Source: Hypanus sabinus (Eukaryota). From it: a DNA stretch of 64,000 nt. The translations under genes were made by a program, and so were the position numbers. The notes below the pieces were generated by a model. That model had not been told where the DNA came from and made no database searches. It saw only the letters and a list, made by a program, of their open reading frames with translations. Location: positions 11,036,001 to 11,100,000 of the forward strand of contig NC_082731.1 of assembly GCF_030144855.1 (NCBI RefSeq). The letters run 5' to 3'. Below, one piece after another: positions 25,261-39,270 of this stretch (the stretch's first letter is position 1; every line of letters begins with the position of its first letter).

Positions 25261-27429
25261 TGCCACCTCAACTGCTGAGTTCCTTCAGTAACTTGTGTTG
25301 CGTTTTCTTCTTAACTGCCCTCTTCACCTTTCCTGAAAGCTCCATAACCAGGAACGCAAAGCTTCCAGAGGTGTCATTTTTTTACAGATAAGTATTATCT
25401 AAAAAATTATACGTCATGTTTCCAATGTCGCAGCTCATCTGCGTTTTTACTATTTTCTGTGAAGGAACATAGCCCATTTTTACAGAACAGACCGTAGTTT
25501 AATTCTGAAATGCAAAAAGTACAAAACAAATCATCAGTATTTAAAGCAAATTACATAATAATCTTTTCAGAACCTCAATTTTGGTACTCTCTGTATAATG
25601 TCAAGCTGCTAAATATTGACAGGTATGCAGCCATTTTGATTCTGATTATTTTCATTGCAACAATAAATCATAGGGTCTGCCCCGAGGTCATATATAGCAT
25701 AGAGCTTCCAAACTATAAAGGAACTAAAACAAGGAACTGGCATTTTCGCAGAAAGTAATTTCGGCATCCATTTCAGAAAACCTCAACAATTGGTCCAGAA
25801 TAAGGTGTGTTATCTTGCCATTGACAAAGAATGGCATGATTCTTACAGTTATTCTATATTCCAGATGAGTATGTTTAAAGTTAGTGAACTTGTAGGTCTT
25901 TGGTACAATTGAGAGCATAGGATCGCAGCCTAAATTTTGGGTGTTCCAACCCTTCCGAAAGCCCTTCAGTCAGAAACATTTCTCATGATAATATATCTGA
26001 CTTTCATGTCAGGTAAACTTGGAGGGAAGTTAGGATATACCTTTACCAAACAAACCAGATCTGAACTTTCTTCCTGGCAAATGGGTACAAATAGACTTTG
26101 ATGATCATTGACTGATGTTTTAAGGATGGATGAATCCTTTTTATGGATAAGACACGCCACTGACAGTCGCAGATGATTAACAAATAGAATTTGGACTAAG
26201 GCATTCATCATAACCTCCACAGAGTTAGTGAGCTTTTCGTATTAGGCTCTGGATAGTAACATGACAGGACAGGTGGTTGCATGGCTCCAATGCGCAGTTA
26301 CGTGCCACCAGCTACCACTCTGACAGCTGCGCGCTATTTTCCTAAAATATATCAGCATATTATCTAAGATGAACATTTTTGCAAACTTTATTTCATATCA
26401 TAGGGACCTACGTGCATTACGTACCAACAATGCTTACTTTCTACTTACAGACCGAGCACAGTGTGCGTAAATTAATTATTGTACTAAATCTCTTCGGTGT
26501 TTTTACTAACTGGGGAACTATGTATGACTAAATTCTAGATTCTAAGATTCTGCAGGTGCAAAAATACTATTATGTAAATCAGGGGCAAACCCACGCCATG
26601 CACGCATTTCTATATCCGCAATGAAACCGACATTGCTATTCGGAATATGACTGAGTTATGAAAACCGGAATAGCAGCAGGAAACAGCAAAAGGTGCAAGG
26701 CAGTGATAACAAGGGCAAAATCGCCATTAACTCCTTTTGAGTAGAATGACAAGATAAACAAATGATTTCAACACCATCTTGTGAGATTAGGCTGTAGCTC
26801 TGGAGATGTAATGACAAAAGTCAGCAGCCTAGTGGACAGTTTTTAGAGGTGCAGAACAGCAAGAATGCTTTAATCTGTCAGTATTTGTTCCTGTAATGTA
26901 GAGACAAATAGACTTCCTTAATTTATGCATCGAATATAAGTTATGCAGTTTAGCCCGTGATGAGTTGGGCAGTTTTGAGTACCCATTACAGAGCCGTTCT
27001 CTTCGTCAGAGTGCAGTTTCCATCCTACCCTCCATCAAAGAGATATATAGTGGGAGGTGTCATAAAAGGGCCAGTGAAATCATGAAAATCTTTCCCACCC
27101 GGTTCATGGAGTGCCTGTACCTCTCCCATTAGGGAGGACAATATGTAGAATTCACAGAAGGACCAGCAGACTCAAAAACAGTTAGTTTACACAAGCAGTA
27201 CGGCCGATCAACACCTGCAACTACAAACCACCCCTCCACACCCCAACCACAGCTACGTAAAAAATGTCCTGTCAGTCATCTTACGCTCAGACAATATCGT
27301 GCATCACATGATGGATGCAATCAATTCAGTTATATAAGCTACCTTCCATACTTATATTTAATATGTTATCACTATTTTTATTTGCTCAGCTCAAGCTGGT
27401 AAAACCTGAGACACGGGCATAACCAAACG

Positions 27430-29518
27430 CTCTCATAGAAACATAGAAACTAGGAAAACCTACAGCCCAATACAGGCCCTTCGTCCCACAAAACCGTGCC
27501 GAATATGTCCCGACGTTAGAAATTACTAAGCTTACAAATAGCCCTTTAATTTTCTGAGCTCCATGTACTTAACCAAAAGCCTTTTCAAAGACCTTATCGT
27601 ATCCACCTCCACCACCGTTGCCGGCAGCCCATCCCACGCACTCACCACTCTCTGAGAAAAATTTACCCCTGACATCTCCTGTGTACCGACTCCCCAGCAC
27701 CTTAAACCTGTCTCCTCTTGTGGCAACCATTTTAACCCTGGGAAAAAGCATCCCACTATCCAAACGATCAATGTCTCTCATCATCTTATATGCCTCTATC
27801 AGGTCACCTCCCATCCTTCGTCGCTCCAAAGTGAAAAGGTCGAGTTCACTCAGCCTATTCTCATAAGGCATGCTCCCCAATCGAGGCAACATCCTTGTAA
27901 ATCTCCTCTGTACTCTTTCTATGGCTTCCACATCCTTCCCGTAGTGAGGCGAGCAGAACTGGGCACAGTACAACAAGCGTGTTCTGACCAGAGTCCTATA
28001 TATCTGCAGCATTACCTCTCGGCTCCTAAATTCAATTCGACGATTGATGAAGGCCAATACACCGTAGGCCTTGTTAACCACAGAGACAACATGTGCAGCT
28101 GCTTTGAGTGTCCCATGGATTCGGACCCCAAGATCCCTCTGATCCTCCACACTGCTTAGAGTCTTACCATTAATACTACATTCTGCCATCATATTTGACC
28201 TACCAAAATTAACCACTTCACACTTATCTGGATTGAACTCCATCTGTCGCTTCTCAGCCCAGTTTTGCATCCTATCAATGTCCCGTTGTAACCTCTGACA
28301 GTACTCCACACTATCCACAACACCCCCAACCTTTGTGTCATCAGCAAACTTATAACCCATCCCTCCACTTCTTCATCCAGGTCATTTATAAAAATCATGA
28401 AGAGTAAGGTTCCCAGAACAGATCCCTGGGACACCTTATCAAATACCTTGCTGAAATCCATATACACTACATCGACTGTTCTTCCTTCATCAATGTGTTT
28501 AGTCACATCTTCAAAAAATTCAATCAGGCTCGTAAGGCACCACCGGCCCTTGACAAACTCATGCTGACTATTCCTAAACATATTATATCTTCAAATGTTC
28601 ATAAATCCAGACTCTCAGTACCTTCTCCATCAATTTATCAACCAATGAGGTAAGACTTACTGGTCAATAATTTTTGGGGCTATCACTACTCCCTTTCTTG
28701 AATAAAGGAACAACATCCGCAACCCCCCAATCCCCCGGAACCTCTCCCGTCCCCATTGATGATGCAAAGAACATCGCCAGAGTCTCAACAATCTCCTCCC
28801 AAGCTTCCCACTGTAGCCTTTCTACATCTCATCCGGTCCCAGCAACTTATCCAACTAGATGTTTCCAAAAGCTACAGCACATCTTCTTTATTAATATCTG
28901 CATGCTCAAGCTTTTCATACTGCTGCGTCATCAGTACAATCTCCAAGATCCTTTTTCATATTGAATACTGAAGTAAAGTATTCATTAAATACCTCTGCTA
29001 TTTCTTCCGTTTCCATATACACTTTCCCACTGTCACAGTTGATAGGTCCTATTCTTTCACGTCTTATCTTCTTGCTCTTTACACACTTGTAGAATGCCTT
29101 GGGGTTTTCCTTAATCCTGCCCGCCAAGGCCTTCTCATGATCCCTTCTGGCTCCACTAATTACCTTCTTAAGCTCCTCCCTCCTTCCTTATAATCTTGTA
29201 GATCTCTAACATTACCTAGCTCTCTGAACCTTTTGCAAAGTTTTCTTTTCTTCTTGACTAGGTTTATTACAGCATTTGTACACCACGGTTCCTGTACCCT
29301 ATCATAACGTCCCTGCCTTATTGGAAGGTACCTATGCAGAACTTCATACAAATAGTCCCTGAACATCTCCCATATTTCTTCCGTACTTTTCCATGAGAAC
29401 ATGTTTCCAGTTTCATCTTCCAATTTCCTGCCTGAGAGCTTCAGAATTCCCCTTACTCCTATTAAACGCTTTTCAAACCTATCTGTTTCTATCTCTCTCC
29501 AATGCTATTGTAAAGGAG
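27430..29518 (-). mobile_element. CR1 LINE ORF2 (RT), truncated by the assembly gap
   Basis: 263-aa ORF 27569-28360 (KFADDTKVGG...YCAQFCSPHY...RRRMGGDLIE) plus upstream CR1 pieces, and a CATAGAAA tail at ~27435-27450. Confidence 0.92.
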
Positions 29519-29691
29519 NNNNNNNNNNNNNNNNNNNNNNNNNNNNNNNNNNNNNNNNNNNNNNNNNNNNNNNNNNNNNNNNNNNNNNNNNNNNNNNNNN
29601 NNNNNNNNNNNNNNNNNNNNNNNNNNNNNNNNNNNNNNNNNNNNNNNNNNNNNNNNNNNNNNNNNNNNNNNNNNNNNNNNNNNNNNNNNNN
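29519..29691. other. Assembly gap (173 N)
   Basis: Run of N characters. Confidence 1.
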
Positions 29692-30409
29692 TTGTGTTTT
29701 TTACTGCATTGGATTCCGAGTAACAATTATTTCATTCTCCTATACATTTGTGTACTGGAAATTGCATTAAGCAATCTTGAATCTTGAAACCTGAATTTTG
29801 ATCATTTTTTAATTGCTTATTGATTAGACCTCATCTTAGAAATTAAACTAGAAGAGATCTGAAAGGATATTAATACCTTTCGGTGATACTGAGCGCAAAA
29901 TGAGAATATAAGCAGACATAATAGAAATTTGGTTCTCTGCAAGACTGCTCAGTCATTTCAGAGATACTGGGTGTTCTGCACTTGATTTTGCATTTAGTGG
30001 CTTGATCACCAGAATCTTTCATAGTTAGAGGGGGAGCCAAGTGATTCCTGAACTTTTCGTCTAAGGATAATGGAGATTAGGAGATATTTCATGGACGTAT
30101 TCAATGTTATTTGGTCATTTGACTGAACAAAAAATGAAGAATCATGTTTGAAATTTTGAAGAGCTGAAGACCAGCGGGCAATAATGTTAAATATTTGACA
30201 ATAATCCAATGGGAGTATTGCATTTACTCCGCGAGTTCTTATATTCTGGCAAGTACCAAGAAAGTCAACAACTGTTTTCAATTGATACACAGTTTGAAGT
30301 GAAATTTTCGCCAGTACAGAATAGGGGAGGGGTGCTGGTTAAAACGGCACTGTAGATTTCCAGAAGAGATGCAATAAGACAGATTAGCCGTACAGTATGT
30401 TGACTCATT

Positions 30410-30720
30410 CCGGATTTCTAGTCATCATGGCTTGGCTTCGCGAACGAAGATGTAGGTTGGGGGCTGCCCACGTCTGCTGCAGGCTCGCTGGTTGCTAACG
30501 AGTCCAAGACGGGACAAGCAGACCCAGCCGCAGCGGCTGCTCGGGGATGACGGTCGTGGTCGTGGGCGTGTCCTTCGGTCTGCGCAATGGTATTTTTTAG
30601 CTGGAGTGTTGTGTGTGCGGTACTGGCCCCACTCTTTACACCCGGGGTTCATCTGCCCGAGCCTAGCAAGCTGGAGAGGTGACAGCGAGGTTTCTATGAA
30701 TGCAATAAATCGCAACTTCT
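30410..30720 (-). mobile_element. RTE-clade LINE terminal fragment
   Basis: GCTTGGCTTCGCGAACGAAGAT...CACGTCTGCTGCAGGCTCGCTGG resembles RTE/BovB-like 3' ends. Recognised from memory only. Confidence 0.5.
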
Positions 30721-32349
30721 AATAAGAGTCCACAGTGATGTGCATGAACGATATCTATGTTTTGCTTTCATTTGGTTCAAGGGTTATTAATTTTATTAGA
30801 AACGAAAACAGCACCGCAAATAGGTGGACGCTGAACAATCAGGTACGTATAACCACACCGCCACAAAATTCATCCAGAGCAATTAAAAATTTTATTCACA
30901 AATCATTTGGCTAAGGTTTAGAATGCAGTTTTGATGAGGTCTGGCAAACATAAAACCTGGCAAGTCTCAAGCTGGACAATCAGGTGCCATTTCACCGGTG
31001 TCACAAGCATGTACAATCATATTATGTCACAACATCGTTGAAGATAGGGATTTTCTTAGAGCCTCGCCGACTGAAAATAATTTAAAATTCTCTCCTTTAT
31101 CTTTCTGATTCAACAGCAAGATGCATGAGAAAACAAAAAAAAAATAAAGGTTGTAAGAAATTACTTTATTCGAATTGTATAACGAATAATCTCTCTCTCC
31201 CGACTGTCACCACATTCAAATCTGACACCATTTCGTTCTGCAAACTTGCATGTTGTGTTACAGATCTTGGCATTTATCGAAGCCCAATCACATTTTATTC
31301 TTTTCATACACTTCCTTGATATATTATACCATAAAGCAAAATACTGTATTGCAAAAAAATAAACTACAGTAAGTACAAACTTAATATCAAAAGGGTTATT
31401 AAAATTTAAGTTCCATATAGGTAGTAAATCATACTATATAGTTGGGATCTGATGCTGCAATCGGCTAACATCTCCCTTCAGGCAGGAAGCTAAATGAAAC
31501 TGCACTACAAGCAGGACTAGTATCAAAATTATGGAAAGATTTGAAAGGATTCTAACCTAAGGGTATATCTGGACCTTGATCTCACAATTCCAAAACTTAT
31601 TCCCAAAATCGAGGTCACATAATGATCCATTTGCTTTGACAGCATGTCGTCTTATTCCATAGTGTACTTAGTCCATCGAGGTCGAATCCAATGAAGCGAG
31701 GAAAACTGTTTTGTAGAGGAATGGCTTTTATGAGTCTTTCCCCGCATTCGGATGGCATTCTCCCTGGAGCATGGCCCATGTTGTTGATCGGATTTCATCT
31801 AGCATCCTAATTTTACTTCACGTAAACAATACATTTGTTTATTATTAGTTTTAAACCATTCTCATTCGATTTTTTCCCTATTTAAACACGAGGTGTTCTG
31901 CCCATTGTACTGAAACACAGTAACTTAAAACACATCTGACTTCAAACACATCTCCGTTTGAAGCAGCCTCCCCATTTCTCGAGATCATTTGGGATGTACA
32001 CCCGTACTTGCCTTCCCCGGGGAAATCCTATCGTTCACGCCTCTTCTACCGGTTCCAACGTACATTCTGCTAATCGATGATCCTTTGGAAAGGGCTTCTC
32101 ATTCAGGCTATACAAGGTTTGGAATAGTGCACTCAGCCTCCACTGTAAGGTGTGGTTTGATGTCCATAAATTAATCTGCTGTTTCGAAAGATCATTCATC
32201 CTCTCACTCAGTCTGATGCTTAGGGTTAACATGGTCCCTGATATGCACAATAAATGCTTTTCCTGGCAGCCCAGTGTTTCACAGGTTGTCCTTCAAAATG
32301 AAACCTGTTATCCGATTGTATTTTGGGGAACTTCATAGCAAAAATTAAG

Positions 32350-33450
32350 TTCTGCCATCACTCAGTGTATGATCCCGAGCAACACACAGACAAAATTCTG
32401 GAGGAACTGAGCAGATCAAGCAACATCTATGGAAACGAATGAACAGCCGACCTTTCGGCCCGAGACCCTTCATGAGGACTGGAAAGCAAGAGAAAGATGC
32501 CAGAATAATAAGCAGAACAAGCTTCGAGGTGATAGGTGGAAAAGGCAAGGGGATGTATAGGTAGGAAATTAATAGGATACGAAGGTATATCAAATGAGAA
32601 CGTGAAGTAGGAGGGACACCAGTGTGAAGTGACAGGCTAAAGAAGCCAGAGAGATGAATTGAAGACGAGGGAAGGGGAGCAGAAGTATCGGAGTTTGGAG
32701 AAATCGATGTTCATGCCATCAGGTTGGAAGCTACCTGGATGGAATATGAGCTTTTGCTCCTTCAATTTGAGAGTGACCTCATCAATGAAGAAGAGTCGTC
32801 CATGGACTGAAAAGTCAGTAGGGAAATGTGGATAAAAAATGAAAATGGATGGTCATTGGGAAATTCAGGATTAGCAAATGAGGCAGAGAAACTCAACGGT
32901 GTTGACTCTGCAGTTCATTAGCAAGGAATGCCGACCCCTCAATAATCACCACTTCAACAGTCTCTAGCTGTTCTCCTCGACTCTGACACCCTCTTCTGGT
33001 TTTCCACCTAATAATGTTTTCTTTACTGACGAGACATCATTCGGCTCAGATTCAGCACTACATTCTCCTCTTTAGACCTTAGACCGTCTAAAGGCACTGA
33101 CTTCCACTCTCTCCCCAGCAATCCAAGCCTGACCATCAAACCTGCAGATAAACGGGTGCAGTTGTGTTGTGGCAGAGTGAGATCTACCTCGGTGAGGCCT
33201 GGTGACAACTTGCAGCACCTCCTCTTACATGCCCCTTGAAAAGGACCTCACTCAGGACCATCAGGACATTATCTCCAATACTATAATCAACTTCATCAAC
33301 TCGGAAGATTTCCAATCCACTGTCAACAAACTCATTGTTTACTTACCCGGGAATTCACGTTTCTACTTCTTACCCAAGATCGACAAACCTGACTGTCCGT
33401 GTAGGCCTATTGTTTCTGCCTGCTCCTGCTCCACGAAGGTACATCACCAG
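32350..33450. mobile_element. Penelope-like fragments (terminal repeat on minus strand, RT piece on plus strand)
   Basis: ORF 33202-33510 LEKDLTQDHQDIISNTI...SRFYFLPKIDKPDCPCRPIVSACS is PLE RT motif 1, and there is a mutated hammerhead motif at ~32445-32481. Confidence 0.75.
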
Positions 33451-33469
33451 CGAAAGGAGGAATTTTTGC

Positions 33470-34180
33470 ATTGTCCGCTGCAGTTGACATGGCTCACTCC
33501 AGGAAGCTGATTGTAGTGGATTAGCCCGAGGGCTTTTCGATTCACCAGAAGGACCAATATGCTGTCAGAAAGGGCAAAATCTGGAGCACTGTGTTTCATG
33601 AAAAAGCTATTTGTGATGCTCAGATTTACCTGGAACATCTCGTTCGCCTGACCTGGAACAGCTATGATTACGTGCCGTAGGTTCTACTTACTGAGAGAGT
33701 TATCCTTCGTGAGCCTGACTGCAGTTCACATGCTGACAAAGGCATTTGTTAAGCAGCACTCGAGGTATTGAGTGCCTCGATGAACAAAGAAAAAAACTGT
33801 GCACTGCAACATTATGGAATAATTGTAGGAGACTTCATTCAGCCTTGTTTGGAGAAATCTCTAGCCACTTATCATCACCATATCATCTGGAGTACAAAGA
33901 GTATCAACGCATTTGGCCACTGTCATACTATGATTAGGAATGCCTACCATTCGTTCCCTAATCCGCATTTTGGGAAATCTGATCATCTGGCTGTTCTCCT
34001 CGAATATGCATACAAGCAGAGGCGAAAGCACAAGGCTTCATAGATACAGACAACAATGAACTGGTCCTGGGAGATAGAAGACCAGCTGCGCGATTGCTTT
34101 GAGTCAGTGGACTGGTCCGCATTCAAGCAGTCTTCAGAGGATCTGATCGAAAATGGCATGGTGTTCCCAGGCTTCTACAG
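33470..34180 (+). mobile_element. Rex1/Babar APE endonuclease fragment
   Basis: IIVGDFIQPCL...HCHTMIRNAYHSFPNPHFGKSDHLAVLL. Confidence 0.75.
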
Positions 34181-34329
34181 ATAGTCATATATGTGGTTGT
34201 CTGGGGTTCACATAAAAAGTTATTTGGAGTCAGGTGTTCCCATCAATGAGATGAGATTTGAGGTGTGGGTTATACAGGAGACCTACCCTAGAAAAAATGA
34301 CACATCGGGTCAGGTTACTGACAGAGCCT

Positions 34330-35030
34330 GCTCGCTCAAGAAAGAGGCACGATGCCTCAATCAAAACAACTTTCAGAGGACCTTAGAAGAAGAATTGTGG
34401 AGACGTATGAAGCTGGAAAAGGCTCCTAAAACATTTCTAAAGACATGAATGTTCATCATACCACAGGAAGAGATACTGAAGGAATTACTCTTGCTACTCT
34501 AGCTAGGAGTGCGTATCCTGCAAAGTTCACAACGACAGCACATCGTACAATGCTGAGGGAGGTGAAAAGAAACCCAATGATAACAGTTCAAGAGCTGTAG
34601 AAATCTCTCGAAATTGCTAAAGTCTTTGTACATGTGTCCACTATAAGAAAACACTGAACAAGATTGATGTTCTCGGAAGGACACCACAACAGAAACAGCT
34701 GCTATCCAAAAAAAGAACACATTGCTGCATGTCTGAAGTTTGCAAAAGACCACCTGGATGTTGAACATCGCTTCTGGGACAACGTCCTTTGGACAGATGG
34801 GACAAAAGTTGATCTTTTTGGCAGAAATGCATATTGCTATGTTTGGAGAGAAAAGGGCACTGCACGCCAATACCAAAACAACACCCCAACTGTGAAACAT
34901 GATTTGGGGCTGATTTGCTTTCTCAGGACCTGGGTAGCTTGCAATCATTGAGGGAGCAATGAATTCAAATTTGTATCAAGAATGCCAGGGTAGCAGGCAG
35001 TCACTTGCAGCTTCATAATGTCTTCACAAA
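34330..35030 (+). mobile_element. Tc1 transposase relic
   Basis: KKEHIAACLKFAKDHL...FWDNVLWTDGTKVDLFG...YVWRE-G...PTVKH, the DDE domain start. Confidence 0.88.
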
Positions 35031-36724
35031 GAGGGATAGATATGGATAAGAACTGGATGTCCGTAGTGAAAATAAGGCGATTATGAAACCGACATTTTGC
35101 AGAAGTGATGGAGAGCATGTGAAGTGTTACGGATGTAGGAAGGTAGAGTTATTGTTAGAGTTATGAATGAACCAAGTTGGCAAAATAGAGACGAGGTATG
35201 CAGATATGAGTTCCGTGGCTTCTTTGTATTCTGAGGCTTTGTCCTCTGTTCGAACTTATCCACTGCAGGAAACACCTTCCCCAACTCCGCTCTATCTACG
35301 GTCATTCAATATTCAATATGTTTAAATGAGATCTCCCCTGATTATTGTGAACTCCAGCGAGTTCAGATCCAGAGCCACCAGATGCATATCCTAAGAAACC
35401 ACTTAAATTCGGGATCATTCTCGTGATCCACAGCCGGATCCTCTCAAATGTCAGCATATTTTTTCTTAGAAACAGTGCAAAATAGTTCACAATACTCCAG
35501 TGGAGGTTGTTAAGTTCTTGATTTAGTAATAGAGTCAATGTTTATCCGGAGAAGGCAGGAGAATAGGGTTGAGAGGGATAATTCTCTCCGAGTGGAAAAT
35601 AGTTCCGGCCTTTATTCCTCTGACCAAAGTGCATTACCGTACATTCCCCTACACTATATCCCACCTGCCATTTTTGACCATCTTCTAAACTATCTCAGTC
35701 TTTCCGTGGACTTGCTACTTCATCAACATTTCCTACTCCGTTACTAGCTTTCTACCGTCAACGGGCCTACTAAAAATCCAAGTGAACAACATCTACTAAC
35801 TCTTTTTGGTCTGTCCAGCATTTATTTTCCTAAAACATTGCAACAGATTTGTTAGGCAAGACTGTGCCTTCAGGAAGTCTTTTTATTTTATCATGTGCCT
35901 CCAAGTACCCCAAAACTTAATCCTTAGTTATGGACCACAGCACTGAAGGTTGTATGCCTGGCCTGTAATTTCTTGTCTTTTGCTTCCTTCCCTTTTAAAA
36001 CAGCGGGGTGGCCTTTGCAATTTTCCAGTCCCCCCGAAACCATTGCATAATCAAGTGATTCTTTGTAGATTACTATTAATCCCTCAAAAATCATACGGTG
36101 CTGAAAAAGAAGAGTGAAACATAGTTATTGACATCATTTTCAATGAATCGGGGGAGCACAGGAATCACGTTTGTGGCTTTGAGCCGAGTGCTGAAAGGTT
36201 GGGTTAATACCAATGGCTGCTCACTGGTCATAGTGAACATGCTGGATTGAATAACCTATTTCTATACTGTATGATTCTACGACATTAATTCCCACATTGT
36301 TAACAAGTGCAATTTTCTGTGTCTGTGTATCTGTCGTTGAAAGGTCGACGGATGCTTATTATTCCTTTTGGTGGCATTGTTGAAACACAAACATCGTGTT
36401 TGTTCCTATCAGGTACCTTCGACAACCAAGAAATCAGCACGCCTCACCTTTAAGCTCATCTTTCTCAGTGCTGAATATTTTTAGTATTATTCATCCTTTA
36501 CTTGGATCCCAATTAAGCAGTTTTGGAATTCACGTCTTTCTCCAATTTGTCTGATCTTACCCCTCTGATCTCTGTAATCTGTCTCTGTCAATATCCCAAC
36601 CAAGTTCAGTTCCCTCATTCCCCCCCTATTACCGTATTTCTTCACGTTACAATTAGCTTTGAATTATCGAGGGCCTCGAATTCCTCTGGTAAATGTTCCG
36701 GTCTCTTAACATTCCTGTTATCCT

Positions 36725-37547
36725 TGTTACGAATCCCGTAAGTGGGTCACTTACCAGCAAAAATAGAGAGGTCCGTTGAAGTCTGATGGTACTATTTTTT
36801 GACAGTATTTATTGATAAAAATACACAAAAATAAGATCAATGCAAACATACAGATAATATACGTCGTCAATACTAAATCTAAAAGCGCGGGTATAATAAT
36901 AATCAATAAGAAATAGCTGAAACGTTGTCTAGGGGATAATGTATTGTCCGATGGAAATATAAAAGTCACTCAAGTATATGCAGGCTGCAGCCTTTGGTTG
37001 GAGTCAAGAGAGAGAGTTTAAAACTTGCCCATTCCTTTTATGATGTCAATCCTTCGAGAGTCGTTGGGGCTGATTTCTCCTTTGTTTTAGCTAAAGCCGT
37101 TCTTCCGTGGTGAGGCCCACCAATTCCGAGGCAAATGGAAAAGGACGCAAGTGGGCTTTCCACCGGCTGTCGCTATTACGCTTTTACGGGATTTCTACCT
37201 TTTCTTCTGGTGCGTCTGAAGGGGCTGTTCCCCAGACCCTCTTTAATCCTGACTCACAGGGTCTCAGATGTCAATCAGGGTGGAGGGATGCCTCCCCTCG
37301 ACCAGCCCACTTTTGGTCATTCCCTGAGTGCTTCAAATAAATAGCACAGTACTCAATATGCAATTCCGTCTCCATGAGACAATGGCCGTTTCCCGTCTTT
37401 GTATTGCTGAGGGGCCAGGACATTCCAACCGTCTCTCTCTCATTTCCTGGGTCTCCTGACCTGAATTAATAGCGATCTTGCGATTCTCAAAAAGGAGGGG
37501 GTACTTTGGGACCCTTCGGCCCCTCAGAGTTGGGCACAGGCGTAAAA
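36725..37547. mobile_element. Solo LTR with 4-bp TSD (TCCT)
   Basis: Starts TGTTACG and ends CGTAAAA (a variant of CGTAACA), flanked by TCCT at 36721-36724 and 37548-37551. Confidence 0.8.
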
Positions 37548-37689
37548 TCCTTTAAAAACTTCTTCTTCGTCCTAGTTCATTTTAATATCGCCTGATGAGT
37601 TTCGGTATCAATTGATTCCGATTCTGCGTAGCACAAGAAGCATAGAACAAGCAGTATGGAACGGTTCAGCACAGCCCAGCACAATTGAT

Positions 37690-38350
37690 TCAATAAAACA
37701 GATTTTGATTCAATAAAAGACATTTGACTAATGTCTTCAAATAATAAATAATCACCGAGGACCTCACGTGATTTGTACACACAAGCTGTGTGGTGAAAAG
37801 GCACAACAGCGCCTCTTTCACCTCAGACGGTTGAGGAAGTCTGCTATGGGTGTCCAAATCGTAAGAACTCTTTACAGGGATACAGCTGAGAGCACCCTGA
37901 CCGGCTGCGTCACTGCATGGTATTGGAACTGTACCTCCCTTAATCGCAGGACTCTGCAGAGAGTCATACCGACAGCCCAGCGCACCTGCAGTTGTGAACT
38001 TCCCATGATTCAGGACATTTACAAGGACAGTTTTGTAAAAAGAGTCCGTACAATCATTGGGGACCTGACCTATCCCAACCACAATCAATTCCATCTGCTA
38101 CCATCCGGGAAGCAGTACCGAGCATAAAAGACAGGACCAACAGGCTCCGAGACAGCTTCCTCCACCAGGCCATCAGATTGATGAACTCTCACTGATTTGA
38201 GTGTACTCTATATTCCATTGACTGGTATATTTATTATAAATTATTATGAATTAATATGATTGCAAATAGCACATTTAGTCAGAGACGTAACATAGAGATT
38301 TTTACTCCTCATGTACGTGAAGGATGTAAGAAATGAAGTCAATTCAATTC
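37690..38350 (+). mobile_element. Rex1/Babar LINE 3' end
   Basis: KAQQRLFHLRRLRK...TLYRDTAESTLTGCVTAWY...HLLPSGKQYR, followed by an AATAAAGTCAATTCAATTC-type tail. Confidence 0.85.
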
Positions 38351-38804
38351 AATATGACGAAGCGTATCAAAATCAACTATTTTCATAACTGAACGTCCGA
38401 TTGCTGCTCCTAATTTTATTTTAGATAAAATTGAATTGATTTCAAATATTTGTTGGGAAAGTTACTTCGACAGTGATGTGAACGAACTAATTTTTGTAAA
38501 CGTTATTGCTAAGTCTGAATGATTAAAACCCTTCTGTCATAAATAAAATTAATTATTCTGATAATAGTTTCTGTTCTTTTGGGACATTTCACTTTCTACA
38601 AAAGATTGATCGTCAGCCTCAAAGAGCACTGGTTGTCTGAGTTAAATCAGTTATTTATTTCCTGTATTCAACGTGCAGGTCTAATTAGCGTTCCGGTTTA
38701 GTTTGATCAATATCACTGAATAGTAAAAGCTATATGAAAACTTATTCGACGGCACGAGAAATTGAGACGTGAATTTCCAGTGGTAAAAAGTCGTCTATCC
38801 ATGG

Positions 38805-39270
38805 CCTCCTGCACTGTCGTGGTGAGGTCACACTTAGGTTGAAGGAACAACACCTGATATTCCATTTTGGTAGCCTCCAACCCGATAGCATGAACGTCGA
38901 GCATTCGATCTTCCAGTAATGCCCTCCAACCCTCCTCTCCTTAACCATTTTAAATCCCCTTTCCCTCTCTCACCTTATCTCTTTGCCCGCCCATCGACTC
39001 TCTCTGGTGCTCCTTCCCCACTTTGTTTCTTCCACCGCCTTCTGTCTCTTTCACCTATCAACATCCAAACACTTTACTTCAACCCTCTCCCTTCAGATCT
39101 CACCTATCCCCTTCTGTTTTTCTCTCCCCTACCCCCCACCTTCTGAATCGATTCCTCAACTTTATTTTCCAGTCCTGCCGAAGTGTTTCGGACCGAAACG
39201 TCGACCATAGTCTTTTCCATAGATGCTGCCTGCCCCGCTGGGGTTGCTCCAGCATTCTGTGTGTTTTGCA
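38805..39270 (+). mobile_element. Penelope-like element 3' end
   Basis: End of the GIY-YIG coding region (EQHLIFHFGSLQPDSMNVE) plus a terminal repeat with a mutated hammerhead (CTGCCGA...GAAACGTCGAC at ~39172-39205). Confidence 0.8.

Noticed and set aside
25571-25758. Possible exon with hydrophobic YAAILILIIFIAT as an Ig transmembrane exon
   Set aside because: Lacks the CART motif (WTTASTFIVLF...Y), is on the wrong strand, and may be a chance AT-rich ORF.
25966-26220. ORF with DLVCLVKVYP resembling an Ig C1 domain
   Set aside because: No conserved Trp or second Cys at correct spacing and no splice frame. Alternative frames, including an EGF-like DECLSPNSIC, are full of stops.
26457-26463. 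Isolated CACAGTG heptamers (also 30731-30737)
   Set aside because: No nonamer at 12 or 23 bp.
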